Shown: positions 1-9,223, counted from the stretch's first letter. The stretch is DNA of 64,000 nucleotides from Candidatus Obscuribacteraceae bacterium (GCA_044229845.1 JBGASG010000005.1:320001-384000), one strand, 5' to 3'. The notes: generated by a model from the letters alone, not told the origin. Program-made: numbers and translations.

Positions 1-778
1 CAAGAAAATCGCAGCCGGAGCCAATCTGATTATTCTGGATGTGAAATGCGGAAGTGGTGCCTTCATGCAGACCGAGGAGCAAGCCATCGAACTGGCTCGC
101 ACCATGGTCGAGGTAGGGCGGCGTTTGAAGCGTCCTGTCATCGCCGTAGTCACCGACATGGAGCAACCGCTCGGCAATGCAGTCGGGCACACCGTCGAAG
201 TGATCGAAGCGATTCAAACCTTGTCCGGCGACGGACCGGAAGATCTCCGCGAACTGTGCTTGTCCCTCGGTGCCGTGGCGTTGACCACCGCCGGCAAGTT
301 CAAAGAAGAAAAAGCCGCGCGTGCGCACCTGGAAGAATTGCTATCCAACGGTGAAGCGCTCAAGAAACTCAAAGAACTGATCAAGGCTCAGGGCGGAGAT
401 CCCAAAGCCGTCGACGAGCACAAGTTGATGCCGCATTCGAAGATGACAGTTGAGTTTAAGGTGCCTGGCACCGGCAAGAAATGGGTGAAAGAGTTGCACG
501 GACGCACCGTCGCTGAAGCCTGCAAGCTGATGGGTGCCGGACGAGCGAAGAAAGGTGACCCTATCAACATGGCTGTCGGCATCGTGCTCAAAGCTAAAGT
601 GGGCAGCACCGTCAATGGTGGCGATACGGTCGCCGTGGTTCATGCCGACACCCAAGATCACGCCGACAAGGCTTTGAAGAAACTGGAAGAAGCCTTCAGC
701 TTCAGCGACAAACCCGTCGAGAAACCGCCTGTGATCAAGGCGCGAGTGAGTGAGGCCGATGCACTGGCGCGTACTTAG
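1..778 (+). CDS. pdp: Pyrimidine-nucleoside/thymidine phosphorylase, 5'-truncated by window edge
   Basis: LDVKCGSGAFM, TDMEQPLGNAVG and GAGR..KGD motifs of the PyNP family; reading frame is open to the window start. Confidence 0.9.
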   Translation, partial: KKIAAGANLIILDVKCGSGAFMQTEEQAIELARTMVEVGRRLKRPVIAVVTDMEQPLGNAVGHTVEVIEAIQTLSGDGPEDLRELCLSLGAVALTTAGKFKEEKAARAHLEELLSNGEALKKLKELIKAQGGDPKAVDEHKLMPHSKMTVEFKVPGTGKKWVKELHGRTVAEACKLMGAGRAKKGDPINMAVGIVLKAKVGSTVNGGDTVAVVHADTQDHADKALKKLEEAFSFSDKPVEKPPVIKARVSEADALART

Positions 779-1514
779 ATTTCGGAATCACTCGGCTGCC
801 GAAAACATGGCCATCGATGAGGCCATACTAGAATCGCATCTGCGCGGATTGACTCCGCCGACCTTGCGCTTTTACGGGTGGACACCGCCGGCAGTATCGT
901 ATGGCTACAACCAGGTGTTGCCGGAAGAAACGATCGCGCGCATCAAAGCCGAGGGACTGGACGTGGTGCGCCGCCCCACGGGTGGGCGCGCCGTGCTGCA
1001 CATGGGTGAATTCACCTATTCGTTTGTGGGCAGTTCGTCGACCCAGGAGTTTCAAAAAGGTTTCTTAAGCAGCACAATATCGGAAGCCTATCGGCAAATC
1101 TGCAATGGATTGCAGGGTGGTCTGGCTCGATTAGGTGTCGAGGTAGAACTCGGCAAGGCCCAAGCCGCGTACCGGCAACAGCAAGATTGTTTCCTCGCCA
1201 CCACCGGCGCTGATTTGCACTACAATGGCAAAAAACTTGTTGGCAGCGCGCAATTGCGTCGCAAGCATGCCGTGCTGCAGCATGGGTCGTTGTTGCTCAA
1301 TCAGCCGCAAGAGTTGATGCCGCGCTTGCTGGGAGTGGTACCCGGCAGCGATGCCGCTAAGGCCGAGCGTCACGCCAATCTGTTCGAGATTATCGATCCC
1401 TGTGCTGTTGAAAAAATAGAAATCGCGATGATTGCCGGTTTCTCTGATGCTTTCGGCGTCGAGTTTGAAGAGGGCGAAATCTCGTTCGCAGAATTGGCTT
1501 CGGCGCAGGTGTAG
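750..1514 (+). CDS. lipM: Lipoate-protein ligase A family / octanoyltransferase LipM-like
   Basis: NMAIDEAIL, VVRRPTGGRAVLH, KKLVGSAQ and LQHGS motifs. Confidence 0.85.
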   Translation: MRPMHWRVLRFRNHSAAENMAIDEAILESHLRGLTPPTLRFYGWTPPAVSYGYNQVLPEETIARIKAEGLDVVRRPTGGRAVLHMGEFTYSFVGSSSTQEFQKGFLSSTISEAYRQICNGLQGGLARLGVEVELGKAQAAYRQQQDCFLATTGADLHYNGKKLVGSAQLRRKHAVLQHGSLLLNQPQELMPRLLGVVPGSDAAKAERHANLFEIIDPCAVEKIEIAMIAGFSDAFGVEFEEGEISFAELASAQV

Positions 1515-1534
1515 TTCAGAACTGCCGTTCCGTT

Positions 1535-1978
1535 CTATTCCTCGTCGGAATCTTCGTCGTCATCGACTGGCTCTGGTTTCTTCTTGCTCTTCTTCTTCGG
1601 CTTCGCTTCAGCTTCTTCTTCATCGTCAGAGTCCGCAACTTCGGCATCGACGACATCGCTCCCGCCTTCGTTGCGCATTTCGGATTGCAACGTAGAAATC
1701 TCATCCTGGATTTCGACGGTGCGATTATCGATGCGCTCGATCAAGTTGAGCTCGTTTTTCACTTCGTTGGTGACTGTATCCACATCCAGATTTTTGTCTT
1801 TCTGGTAAATGGCATAGACTTTGGTGCCAATGGTTTTCAGATGGCGTTCGCGCTCGGTCTTCTGCGTAGCCATCTCGACGCGCAACTTGGCGATTTTCGC
1901 CGCCTTGCTCATTTGAGACGCAGTTGACTTTGCTCCGCTCTTAATTTGATCGAAGAAGTTGCCGAATGAACCAGACAT
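1535..1978 (-). CDS. Hypothetical coiled-coil protein with acidic/Lys-rich tail
   Basis: 147-aa ORF directly downstream of lysC, with a GGAG RBS. Confidence 0.7.
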   Translation of the reverse strand: MSGSFGNFFDQIKSGAKSTASQMSKAAKIAKLRVEMATQKTERERHLKTIGTKVYAIYQKDKNLDVDTVTNEVKNELNLIERIDNRTVEIQDEISTLQSEMRNEGGSDVVDAEVADSDDEEEAEAKPKKKSKKKPEPVDDDEDSDEE

Positions 1979-1987
1979 CTGGTGCTC

Positions 1988-3268
1988 CTAGCTGAATACC
2001 CTGGCGTCAACCGGTGGATATATGCAGAATTTCTCGTGAATGTGGTTCACAGCTTCTTTTCTGAATTGCTCGGGCACCAGGGCGGTGACCCGAATATCCC
2101 CTGTGGTGAGCATACGAATTGGAATCGATGCGTTGCACAGGGTATCAAATATAGCTGCTACCAGGCCTCGGCGGCAACTTAATCCGCTGCCGATCACCGA
2201 AATTCGAGCCAGGTCGCTGTCAACAACAATTTCCGGTTTGCCCAGGTCTTCGTCCATGCTTTCAATCACTGCCTGCACGCGGCGAGCGCTGCGCTTTTCG
2301 CATGTAAACAGCAGTTCCGGAGCCGCGCCGTTTTCTTTCCCGATCAAAGTGACGTTGTCAGTCGTGACGCCCATGTCGTGCAGTTGCTGGAACAGGCGTC
2401 CGACGGATTCTAAGTAATGCACGGGCGTTCTCGACCCATCAGGATTGGGCTGTAGGGGTCTGGTCACCTTGACGCGGAAAGACGTGTGGTTGGTATCACA
2501 AGCGATACCGCAGACCGTGTATTCAGGGGCCAAAAACTTATGAGTGACGAGAGTCCCTTCGTCGTCGGGCTCGAAGGTCGAACGCAACCGAATCGGCACC
2601 TGTGTGTTCATCGCCAGTTCAACGGCACGTGCATTCAACACCTGAGCACCAGCGGCGCTCAGCTCGAGCATCTCTTCATAAGAAACGGCTTCCAGCCGCC
2701 GTGCTTGCTGCACCGCCCGCGGATCAGCCGTATAGACGCCGTTTACATCAGTGTAGATATCGCACCACTCAGCTTTGAGGGCTGCCGCCAGGGCGACCGC
2801 CGTGGTGTCGGAGCCGCCCCGACCGAGCGTGGTGATGTCGCCCGTTTCGGTTATACCTTGAAATCCTGCAACGACCGCGATTTCGCCATTTTTCAGGCAT
2901 TTTTCGAGAGCTTCGGCGCGTACTTCTTTTATACGGGCGCTGCCGTGAATCCCATCCGTGATGATGCCCGCCTGGGCGCCTGTGAAGGAGCGGGCTCTGC
3001 CGCCCAGGCTCTGGATGGCCATGGTCAAAAGCGCAATAGAGACCTGTTCGCCCGTGGCGAGCAACATGTCCATCTCACGATTTGATTGCTCGTCGGCAAC
3101 ACTGTCGGCCAGCGATATCAGCTGGTCCGTGGTGTGCCCCATTGCCGAAACGACAACGGCTACCTGATTTCCAGCGGCGGCTTCCTTGACTACTATTTCT
3201 GCGACGTGGCGGAGCTTTTTAGCATCCCCGACTGATGTCCCGCCAAATTTCTGGACCAAGCGCCCCAT
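1988..3268 (-). CDS. lysC: Aspartate kinase
   Basis: VQKFGGTSV, VVVSAMG, TTLGRGGSDTTA and YTDVNGVYTADPR motifs plus C-terminal ACT domains; start taken at MGRLVQK. Confidence 0.95.
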   Translation of the reverse strand: MGRLVQKFGGTSVGDAKKLRHVAEIVVKEAAAGNQVAVVVSAMGHTTDQLISLADSVADEQSNREMDMLLATGEQVSIALLTMAIQSLGGRARSFTGAQAGIITDGIHGSARIKEVRAEALEKCLKNGEIAVVAGFQGITETGDITTLGRGGSDTTAVALAAALKAEWCDIYTDVNGVYTADPRAVQQARRLEAVSYEEMLELSAAGAQVLNARAVELAMNTQVPIRLRSTFEPDDEGTLVTHKFLAPEYTVCGIACDTNHTSFRVKVTRPLQPNPDGSRTPVHYLESVGRLFQQLHDMGVTTDNVTLIGKENGAAPELLFTCEKRSARRVQAVIESMDEDLGKPEIVVDSDLARISVIGSGLSCRRGLVAAIFDTLCNASIPIRMLTTGDIRVTALVPEQFRKEAVNHIHEKFCIYPPVDARVFS

Positions 3269-3624
3269 ATTAGTCTTCCGTCTTTGTTGATGCCCTCGTG
3301 GCACCTCAAAACCGCAGTAAGTTGCTGCCTTCACTGTTGTGAAGAGCAAATTTGCGAAATTATGATAGCACCGTTCAGAAACCTAGACTGTGGCACTGCG
3401 TTAAAGTTCCCCTTCATGGGTGTTGCCAGTATGCGCCGCATATCGATTAGCCTCGCTGTTCTGAAACCTGCGCAGCTTGGGCTTTTCGGAATTCTGCCCA
3501 GGACCAAGGCAAGGACCGACCTGGGACTCTGATGCATCTCTTGGCATGCATAGGCTTGCCGACCGGGGGGCGAGCAACTGCCACCATATATGGTATCGAG
3601 GTTCATTGCCGTCAGCGCCTCGCC

Positions 3625-3661
3625 AAAAGAAGAGGGCACGTCGAGTGTTCAACGTGCCCTC
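3625..3661 (-). terminator. Rho-independent terminator of the TROVE-like vWA gene
   Basis: 10-bp stem GAGGGCACGT/ACGTGCCCTC followed on the minus strand by TTCTTTT, about 20 nt after the stop at 3683. Confidence 0.8.
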
Positions 3662-3682
3662 CGGCTTCCTGTTAGTCGTCGA

Positions 3683-5263
3683 TCAACCTGGCGCGCCGGC
3701 CAGTTGACGGTCTTTTCGCACCGGCAGCGGATACGCGAGGATATCCATCAGCAGCTCCAACCGAGTCCCGCCTGCCAGCATTGGCAGCAAGCTGGGCAGA
3801 CTGTAGTAGTCACCGCTAAACGTATAGGTGTCAACCTCGATATTGTTTCGCGTCAGAGCCGCCTCCAGATGGTTGGAGAATTGCCCGCAGTTGAGAATCA
3901 TGACCGTAGGCAGGGTGCCCAGTTCTTGTTGATATTGCAGCATTGCATCAGCCAGGTAGGGCTTGCCGTTTTCACCTTGATCGGTGATCACGATCACTTG
4001 TTCGACGAGCTGCTTCTTGCGGCGCATCATATCTAATGCCACGCCGCACGAGGTGCCGCCGTCGGCCTTGATGCCTTTGAAAGCCTTTTCCCAGTCGGAG
4101 AGTTCGTTGCCTTTCGCTTCGATTGCGTAAGCGAGGGTGTCGAACGCGTAGACGTAGAGATTGGCCTGGCATATTGGGGCTACGATGGCGCAGAGCTGTT
4201 TTCCAATTTCAATTGCTTGTTGCATGGAACCACTCTTATCGACAAAGATTGCGGTCGGACGCTTGATCTTGGCTTTGGATTTGATCTGCTTGTCGCCGAC
4301 CTTCTCCACCTTTTGGGCCATTTCGGCATCGATGTCGGCAGCTTGCAGGGCTTGCCGCGTCTTGAGCGCGGATACGCGCTTATCGCCTTCGGCTTCCTTC
4401 AGTTTTGCTTCGATCATGCGGCGCAGATCTTTGTTGTCCATGGCACCACGCTTCTTGAGTGAAGCAAGGTTGTTGATCACTTCCTGCGGAGTCATGGCGT
4501 CGACCAGTGCCACCAGCAATGCCGGCGTGACTTGCTTGATCGCCGAGACAGCAACCCGATAGGGAATCTTGTTCTGCACGATCAGTCTTGCCTGTTCGCC
4601 TGAGTTGTTGGTCTTAGCCAGTTGCTTCAAGACGTACAGTCGACTGCCTTCCGGCGGATCGTTGTCGAAGAGCACACGCTGTGCGTATTCGCCGGGCTTG
4701 ATGCGCAGCGACGCATAGAGTGTCTTCAACGAGGAACGCGCGTGCAGCACAACATTGTCGAACTGCTCGTGATTCTTCTCGCGTTGATGCAGGTAGTCTT
4801 CGATGGCGGTGCGTACAGATCGCGGGACGGAACCCGCGACACCAGGAATGAACTTGCCGCCTTCTTCATGACCCTTGATCAAACCGATCACGCGCTCTAC
4901 CTGATAAGGAGGCAGTTCGGTGATCATCGCGATGCCGGCGTTACGGTATTCGTCGGAAAACTTTGATGTGGCCATGTACGCCGCAAACAATTGCTTCAAG
5001 TCATGCACGCTGCCGTTCTTGAAGTACCAGGCGGCGAGCGGACCGAAAAAGCGCGGATCGCGTTCGTGCACGTGTTCGAAAAGTGGCATGTGCGGTGCGA
5101 CCGCACGGTGCGGCGTGCGCAGCAGTGCGTTCAGGATCGCCAGACGAAAGTCTTGCTCGCCGGCGTTGCGTGTGCGAGCCATGAGTTCGGTGAAGTTAGG
5201 CGCAGGGGTGGTCGCCGCTTGATTGGCTCGCGCCGGTCGTCGTCCCCCTCGTCGTGTAGTCAT
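3683..5263 (-). CDS. Ro60/TROVE-like protein: helical N-terminal region plus C-terminal vWA domain
   Basis: MIDAS motif FVDKSGSM...GGTS...ITDQGEN; ~330-aa helical basic N-terminus; 526 aa, the size and architecture of Ro/Rsr; neighbouring Y-RNA-like elements. vWA is firm, the TROVE relationship is inferred. Confidence 0.75.
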   Translation of the reverse strand: MTTRRGGRRPARANQAATTPAPNFTELMARTRNAGEQDFRLAILNALLRTPHRAVAPHMPLFEHVHERDPRFFGPLAAWYFKNGSVHDLKQLFAAYMATSKFSDEYRNAGIAMITELPPYQVERVIGLIKGHEEGGKFIPGVAGSVPRSVRTAIEDYLHQREKNHEQFDNVVLHARSSLKTLYASLRIKPGEYAQRVLFDNDPPEGSRLYVLKQLAKTNNSGEQARLIVQNKIPYRVAVSAIKQVTPALLVALVDAMTPQEVINNLASLKKRGAMDNKDLRRMIEAKLKEAEGDKRVSALKTRQALQAADIDAEMAQKVEKVGDKQIKSKAKIKRPTAIFVDKSGSMQQAIEIGKQLCAIVAPICQANLYVYAFDTLAYAIEAKGNELSDWEKAFKGIKADGGTSCGVALDMMRRKKQLVEQVIVITDQGENGKPYLADAMLQYQQELGTLPTVMILNCGQFSNHLEAALTRNNIEVDTYTFSGDYYSLPSLLPMLAGGTRLELLMDILAYPLPVRKDRQLAGAPG

Positions 5264-5400
5264 GGTGTTGTTCCTATACCTTTAATGTTGGTGTCCTTCG
5301 GGATACCGACATCCACTATGTTGCCAACGGCAATGCGGCACCTTTATATGGTGTCCGCCTGGATAAAACGCGCGCCGGGACAGTGGACAGAGAGGTCTGG

Positions 5401-5473
5401 TCCTGTACAAGTCGGGAGAGCTTTTGAGTTACGTTTGCAGACGTGTGTAGGCTCTTCCTGTTGGAGCACAGGG
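5401..5473 (-). ncRNA. Y-RNA-like element Y1 (minimal scaffold, upstream of the TROVE-like gene)
   Basis: CCUGUGC-UCCAACA-GGAA-GAGC-CUACA...GCUC-UC-CCGACU-U-GUACAGG, the same scaffold as Y2-Y7; extended -10 (TGcTAAAGT) at 5482-5490. Confidence 0.7.
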
Positions 5474-5712
5474 TAAGGGTCACTTTAGCACTTGTCCGCA
5501 AAAATCGCCACGATTTTTGGCTGGCTGTTCTACCAGCCGAGACTGGCTCTGGAAGCGCGTCGACGGTGTTTTATACACGTTTTCGCTAATACGATTCGGA
5601 GAATTTACACCCATGCTGGAGCGGGTTAATGTGGTGACATAGCCCAATTGCCGGAACCACTGACGGCAGCGGGCGATGCGCTCCCACCGACCACACCCGC
5701 GAGGCTACCGCC

Positions 5713-6486
5713 ATGATGCTCACCGCTTTGCTTACCAACATCAAAGAAATTGCGAAGAACTCCAAGCCCACGTACTTCACCAAGGATACGTTCTTCGACA
5801 AGCAGTGGGGGCAGAACACAGCTTTCAACAAAACTCTGGACAAGTCTGTGTATGACCATGAGGACTGCGATGAAGATCAAGAGTCTCAACTGCGCGACGA
5901 GATTCTCGTCAGACTGAAAGCCAAGGGCGGTAGCGGCAGTTTTGTCTCCGGCATTGCGGGCGAATCGATTACATTTCTCGAGTCGTTGAAAAATCGCAAG
6001 GATGCGAAGGCCAAACAACAGCGCCTCTGCAACCAGTCGATGAACGAGCTGCTGGCGCTGATTTTCGAAATGCTCAAATCCTACGCTTACGACTACAACC
6101 ATGCCGTCGGTTACGGACCTCTGCACATCGCCATTACCGATCCGCAAATGGTGACCGAGGTGTTGCGCTTCGATCGTCAGCGCAATCCGCTCGAGTCGGT
6201 GACTTACTTCCGTGCGCGGCTCTCGACCTCGTCGCATTCGCTGGTATTGCGTGGGCAAGACGACGGCATTGTGTTTTTCATATTGCCGGTGGCGCGCGCA
6301 CTAGGATTGACCAAGCAAGAAACGAACTATGAGCCGGCGACTTTGCTGCGCATCAAGGCGGAGAACAATCTTGTCCATTGGGAAACCAAGATCGGAACAC
6401 CCTTGACACCGTCTTCGGTAGAAGCGATCTGCATGGCTGTTTTCCAGTGGTTGATTGAAGAAACCAAAGCGCACATCGCCGAATAG
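5713..6486 (+). CDS. Hypothetical protein, paralogue of the next gene
   Basis: Shares Y..xYN.AVG.GP, RA.L.TS.HSL.L and WETK.G.PLT...FQWLIE.T blocks with 6520..7281. Confidence 0.75.
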   Translation: MMLTALLTNIKEIAKNSKPTYFTKDTFFDKQWGQNTAFNKTLDKSVYDHEDCDEDQESQLRDEILVRLKAKGGSGSFVSGIAGESITFLESLKNRKDAKAKQQRLCNQSMNELLALIFEMLKSYAYDYNHAVGYGPLHIAITDPQMVTEVLRFDRQRNPLESVTYFRARLSTSSHSLVLRGQDDGIVFFILPVARALGLTKQETNYEPATLLRIKAENNLVHWETKIGTPLTPSSVEAICMAVFQWLIEETKAHIAE

Positions 6487-6519
6487 TTTTTGATTTTGAT
6501 ACAGGAGGTCGATTCGACC

Positions 6520-7281
6520 ATGCTTAACGGAATGTTCTCAGGCAACAATAAAGAGCGCAATCGCCCGACGCCGAAACCATTTTCGCAAAACAGTCGCTTC
6601 GACTGCAATTGGGGAAAGGCGTCGCCGGTTGAAAAGGCGCCGCCGCGAGCGGTCGAATCTTCGTCTTCGTCCCGGCGCACCGGCATCTATCCGCAAGTGA
6701 TCACGGGTGAGCATCCGATCGCGCTCGATGCCCGCAGCGTATCGCAAAGACTCAAGGAAACACTCGATACCGGAAACAATAGCGACGGGCATCAGCAGAT
6801 CATTTCCGACCTGGCGCCGCGCGACTTGCTGACCATTATGTATGAGCTGCTGAAGGTTTACGCCGTGGAATACAACTCGGCGGTAGGACTGGGTCCATTC
6901 TATTTAGAACTGACCAGACCGCACGAAGTGTCGGGTCCGCTGCGCCTGCAAAAGGATAGCCGTCCCTCCTCGTGGCTCACAAGAATACGAGCGGCACTGG
7001 CGACATCAACTCATTCGCTTTTGCTTTGTGCAGACGAGGGAGTGGTCACCTTCTATGTCATACCTCTGGAGCAGTTGCATGGCAGCAATGCTCTCGGCAA
7101 AGACGCGGTCGAGGGTCACGAACCGCAGACCTATTTACAGTTGAACAAAATGAGAGGCGGCGTTTTCTACTGGGAGACGAAGGCGGGGTTGCCCCTCACC
7201 ATGTCGCGTGTCGATGCCACGTGCCGTGCGCTATTTCAATGGCTCATTGAAAGAACCGCGGACCGGGTCGCTGGAGACTGA
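6520..7281 (+). CDS. Hypothetical protein, paralogue of the previous gene
   Basis: AGGAGG RBS near 6503; same conserved blocks as 5713..6486. Confidence 0.75.
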   Translation: MLNGMFSGNNKERNRPTPKPFSQNSRFDCNWGKASPVEKAPPRAVESSSSSRRTGIYPQVITGEHPIALDARSVSQRLKETLDTGNNSDGHQQIISDLAPRDLLTIMYELLKVYAVEYNSAVGLGPFYLELTRPHEVSGPLRLQKDSRPSSWLTRIRAALATSTHSLLLCADEGVVTFYVIPLEQLHGSNALGKDAVEGHEPQTYLQLNKMRGGVFYWETKAGLPLTMSRVDATCRALFQWLIERTADRVAGD

Positions 7282-7359
7282 GTTTGGGACGAGCACGCGA
7301 CATTACTCGACTGGTCGATCTGCCCCCCAGGTCGGCCAGTTTTATGTTGGAACTCCGAT

Positions 7360-7435
7360 TGGAGTGATCGACGGTAATCGAAACCGTACCTTGTCGGTTC
7401 ACAGCCGACGGCTCTGCCACTTAAGCTACGACCAC
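7360..7435 (-). tRNA. tRNA-His(GUG), atypical
   Basis: Cloverleaf GTGGTCG/CGATCAC, anticodon arm GTCGG-CTGTGAA-CCGAC, T-loop TTCGATT, encoded CCA; U73, no genomic G-1, U53:A61. Confidence 0.85.
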
Positions 7436-7439
7436 AGCT

Positions 7440-7510
7440 CTCGGGGAATTGGATTCGAACCAATATTGCAACGTTCAAAGCGTTGTGACCTACCATTAGT
7501 CGATCCCCGA
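7440..7510 (-). tRNA. tRNA-Gln(UUG)
   Basis: Acceptor TCGGGGA/TCCCCGA (U1:A72, G73), anticodon arm CAACG-CTTTGAA-CGTTG, T-arm ATTGG-TTCGAAT-CCAAT; CCA not encoded. Confidence 0.9.
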
Positions 7511-7680
7511 TCATCTGCTGCGCTCGGGGAGGAAACGATCTGGTCACTCCGGCACCGGCACTGCAATAGATCCCGACGGAACTGACACCAGTTGGTTTAC
7601 TGGTGTCGCGGGGTCTGTTGCTGGTGCTGGAGTCTCTTCATTGAAGTATGTCTCTGAATGTTGAACTGAATTGATTAGGT

Positions 7681-7755
7681 TGGCCGGAGCGGTTGGAATC
7701 GAACCAACTACCTTCTGCTTCCAAGGCAGACATGCCACCAATGCACTACGCCCCG
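7681..7755 (-). tRNA. tRNA-Pro(UGG), G73 discriminator
   Basis: Acceptor CGGGGCG/CGCTCCG, anticodon arm TCTGC-CTTGGAA-GCAGA, T-arm GTTGG-TTCGATT-CCAAC, ends G-CCA. Confidence 0.85.
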
Positions 7756-7861
7756 AGATGTCTCGCTTTTACTGCGGGCGTCTCGGGTTGGGGCGCAATT
7801 GATGTTGGCGTCTATTCATTGGAGAGGGATCGAGTTAATTGGAGAGGGGGGACTACGTTTG

Positions 7862-7993
7862 ATTGCGACCTGCGCAAGTTATGGGAGCTGTTTTTTTGCT
7901 TTGGCGAGGAATCTCTCCTCAGGGTGGATTCGAACCACGGGCTTTCGCCTTTACCAGTTTGTAAGCTCACATTGTTGGAGCGCAGAACGCAAT
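7862..7993 (-). ncRNA. Y-RNA-like element Y2 (T-arm payload)
   Basis: CUGCGC-UCCAACA-AUGU-GAGC-UUACA...GCUC-CC-AUAACU-U-GCGCAG scaffold; payload CUGGUAA, GGC-GAAA-GCC, T-arm GUGG-UUCGAAU-CCAC and a GAGGA/UCCUC hairpin. Confidence 0.75.
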
Positions 7994-7997
7994 AATT

Positions 7998-8047
7998 ATA
8001 GTAGCACACTTTATCGGAAGCGATCAACTTTATAAACCATATATGGT
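7998..8047 (-). promoter_or_regulatory. Promoter of Y2 and tRNA cluster with ACCATATATGGT palindrome
   Basis: TGcTACTAT extended -10 (7998-8006), TTGATC -35 (8022-8027, 18-bp spacer), palindrome at 8036-8047. Confidence 0.55.
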
Positions 8048-8512
8048 GCCTGGTGTTTACACCACCAGTGGTGCCTTGCGTTCGGTTTCCTCTCCAAAGG
8101 GAATGACGGGCACCAGCACTTGGCTGAGCCCGTTGTTGAAGTAATGATCGCAGCTGTGCGCGGTTTTTCTGCCGCTTTCAATGCTTCTCCCATATGTACG
8201 CATATCTGAGTGAAATCGAAAACTCGTATGCGATTGTGGTGGTGTGTGGTTCCAGTGGGGGAGCGGGCCTCGGCAGCATGGCCGGACCCGTGAGAATAAC
8301 TTCGAATTTGTGATATGTGCGGAGTCGGTCACTGACGAAGTTCCCCCTATGTTCACCGCGTCCGGGGTCAATAGCCCTGTTCATCGCATACGCCCGCTCG
8401 GAGATGAATTGGGGATTCATTCCGCACTTATTATTGCCAGCCGCGGAAATGAAGAGCCTTCATTTCCATGATTGGACAATCCCGAGTTGCAATGGGACGT
8501 GGTCCAAAGGTC

Positions 8513-8633
8513 TTGCCTGTACGAGTCGAGAGAGCCACTTTGAACACCTCCATGGCGGAGGTTTTCGGATTCGAACCGATTCCTTGAAAGGGAATTACCA
8601 GATTGTATGCTCTTCCTGTTGGGGTACAGGCGA
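8513..8633 (-). ncRNA. Y-RNA-like element Y3
   Basis: CCUGUAC-CCCAACA-GGAA-GAGC-AUACA...GCUC-UC-UCGACU-C-GUACAGG; payload CUGGUAA, UUCC-CUUUCAA-GGAA, T-arm UCGG-UUCGAAU-CCGA and ACCUCC/GGAGGU. Confidence 0.8.
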
Positions 8634-8640
8634 TACTATT

Positions 8641-8697
8641 AAAGTAACACGCAAAATGCGTGGTGTCAATAGCCGTGCGATACTAAATATGGTGGCA
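8641..8697 (-). promoter_or_regulatory. Sigma70 promoter plus operator of Y3
   Basis: TTGACA (8664-8669), 17 bp, TACTTT (8641-8646) with extended TG; upstream TGCCACCATATTTAGTATCG. Confidence 0.75.
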
Positions 8698-8857
8698 CTA
8701 CTAAAACAAACGGAGATACGGGCAGCGGCTAGCTATGCCGTGCCCGTGATGATCACTGCGGAGAGCTACTCCGACTGGACCAACCTTTTTCTGTCGATAG
8801 TTTATGAAGCCTTGGCGACAAAAACGATCTCCTTTCTTTCTCTCAGTTCGCGTACTT

Positions 8858-8991
8858 TCTGTACAAGTCGAAGGAGCAGAGTTTTGGTGCTCTACCACTG
8901 AGCTATGAGGGCATAAAGCCCCCAGTAGGATTCGAACCTACGCCCACCCGCTTCGAAAGGCGATTGTATGCTCTAAATGTTAGAGTACAGA
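8858..8991 (-). ncRNA. YrlA-like RNA Y4 (permuted tRNA-like domain)
   Basis: Scaffold plus T-arm GUAGG-UUCGAAU-CCUAC, closed acceptor UGGGGGC-UUUAU-GCCCUCA, UA, D-arm GCUC-AGUGGUA-GAGC. Confidence 0.85.
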
Positions 8992-9012
8992 TCGTCCGCG
9001 GACTTTGAGCAA

Positions 9013-9155
9013 TGTATTCCGTATGAGTCGCAAGAGCGTAAACGCGGTCTCGAATTGCTCTTCCTTTGAGCTACACAGGCATGTTGCCCGCGGCAGGTTT
9101 CGAGTCTGCATACTATCGGGGTTGTCGCGTTTGTATGCTCGGGGACTTGAATACA
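9013..9155 (-). ncRNA. YrlA-like RNA Y5 (more divergent)
   Basis: GAGC-AUACA...GCUC..GCGACU scaffold; degenerate T-arm GCAGA-CUCGAAA-CCUGC, closed acceptor CGCGGGC/GCCUGUG, D-arm GCUC-AAAGGAA-GAGC. Confidence 0.7.
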
Positions 9156-9167
9156 GTTACAAGGAAC

Positions 9168-9223
9168 AATGTAGCAGATAAAGTTAGTGGTGTCAATAGT
9201 GGTGCGCACCATAGGTGGTGGCT
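9168..9223 (-). promoter_or_regulatory. Sigma70 promoter plus operator of Y5/Y4
   Basis: TTGACA (9191-9196), 17 bp, TACATT (9168-9173); TGGTGCGCACCA palindrome at 9200-9211. Confidence 0.8.

Noticed and set aside
3270..3625. Lysine riboswitch upstream of lysC
   Set aside because: Only GAGGCGC and GGTGCTATC fragments resemble it; the AGUA, GAAAGG, GCCGAA and ACUGUC core elements were not found in order.
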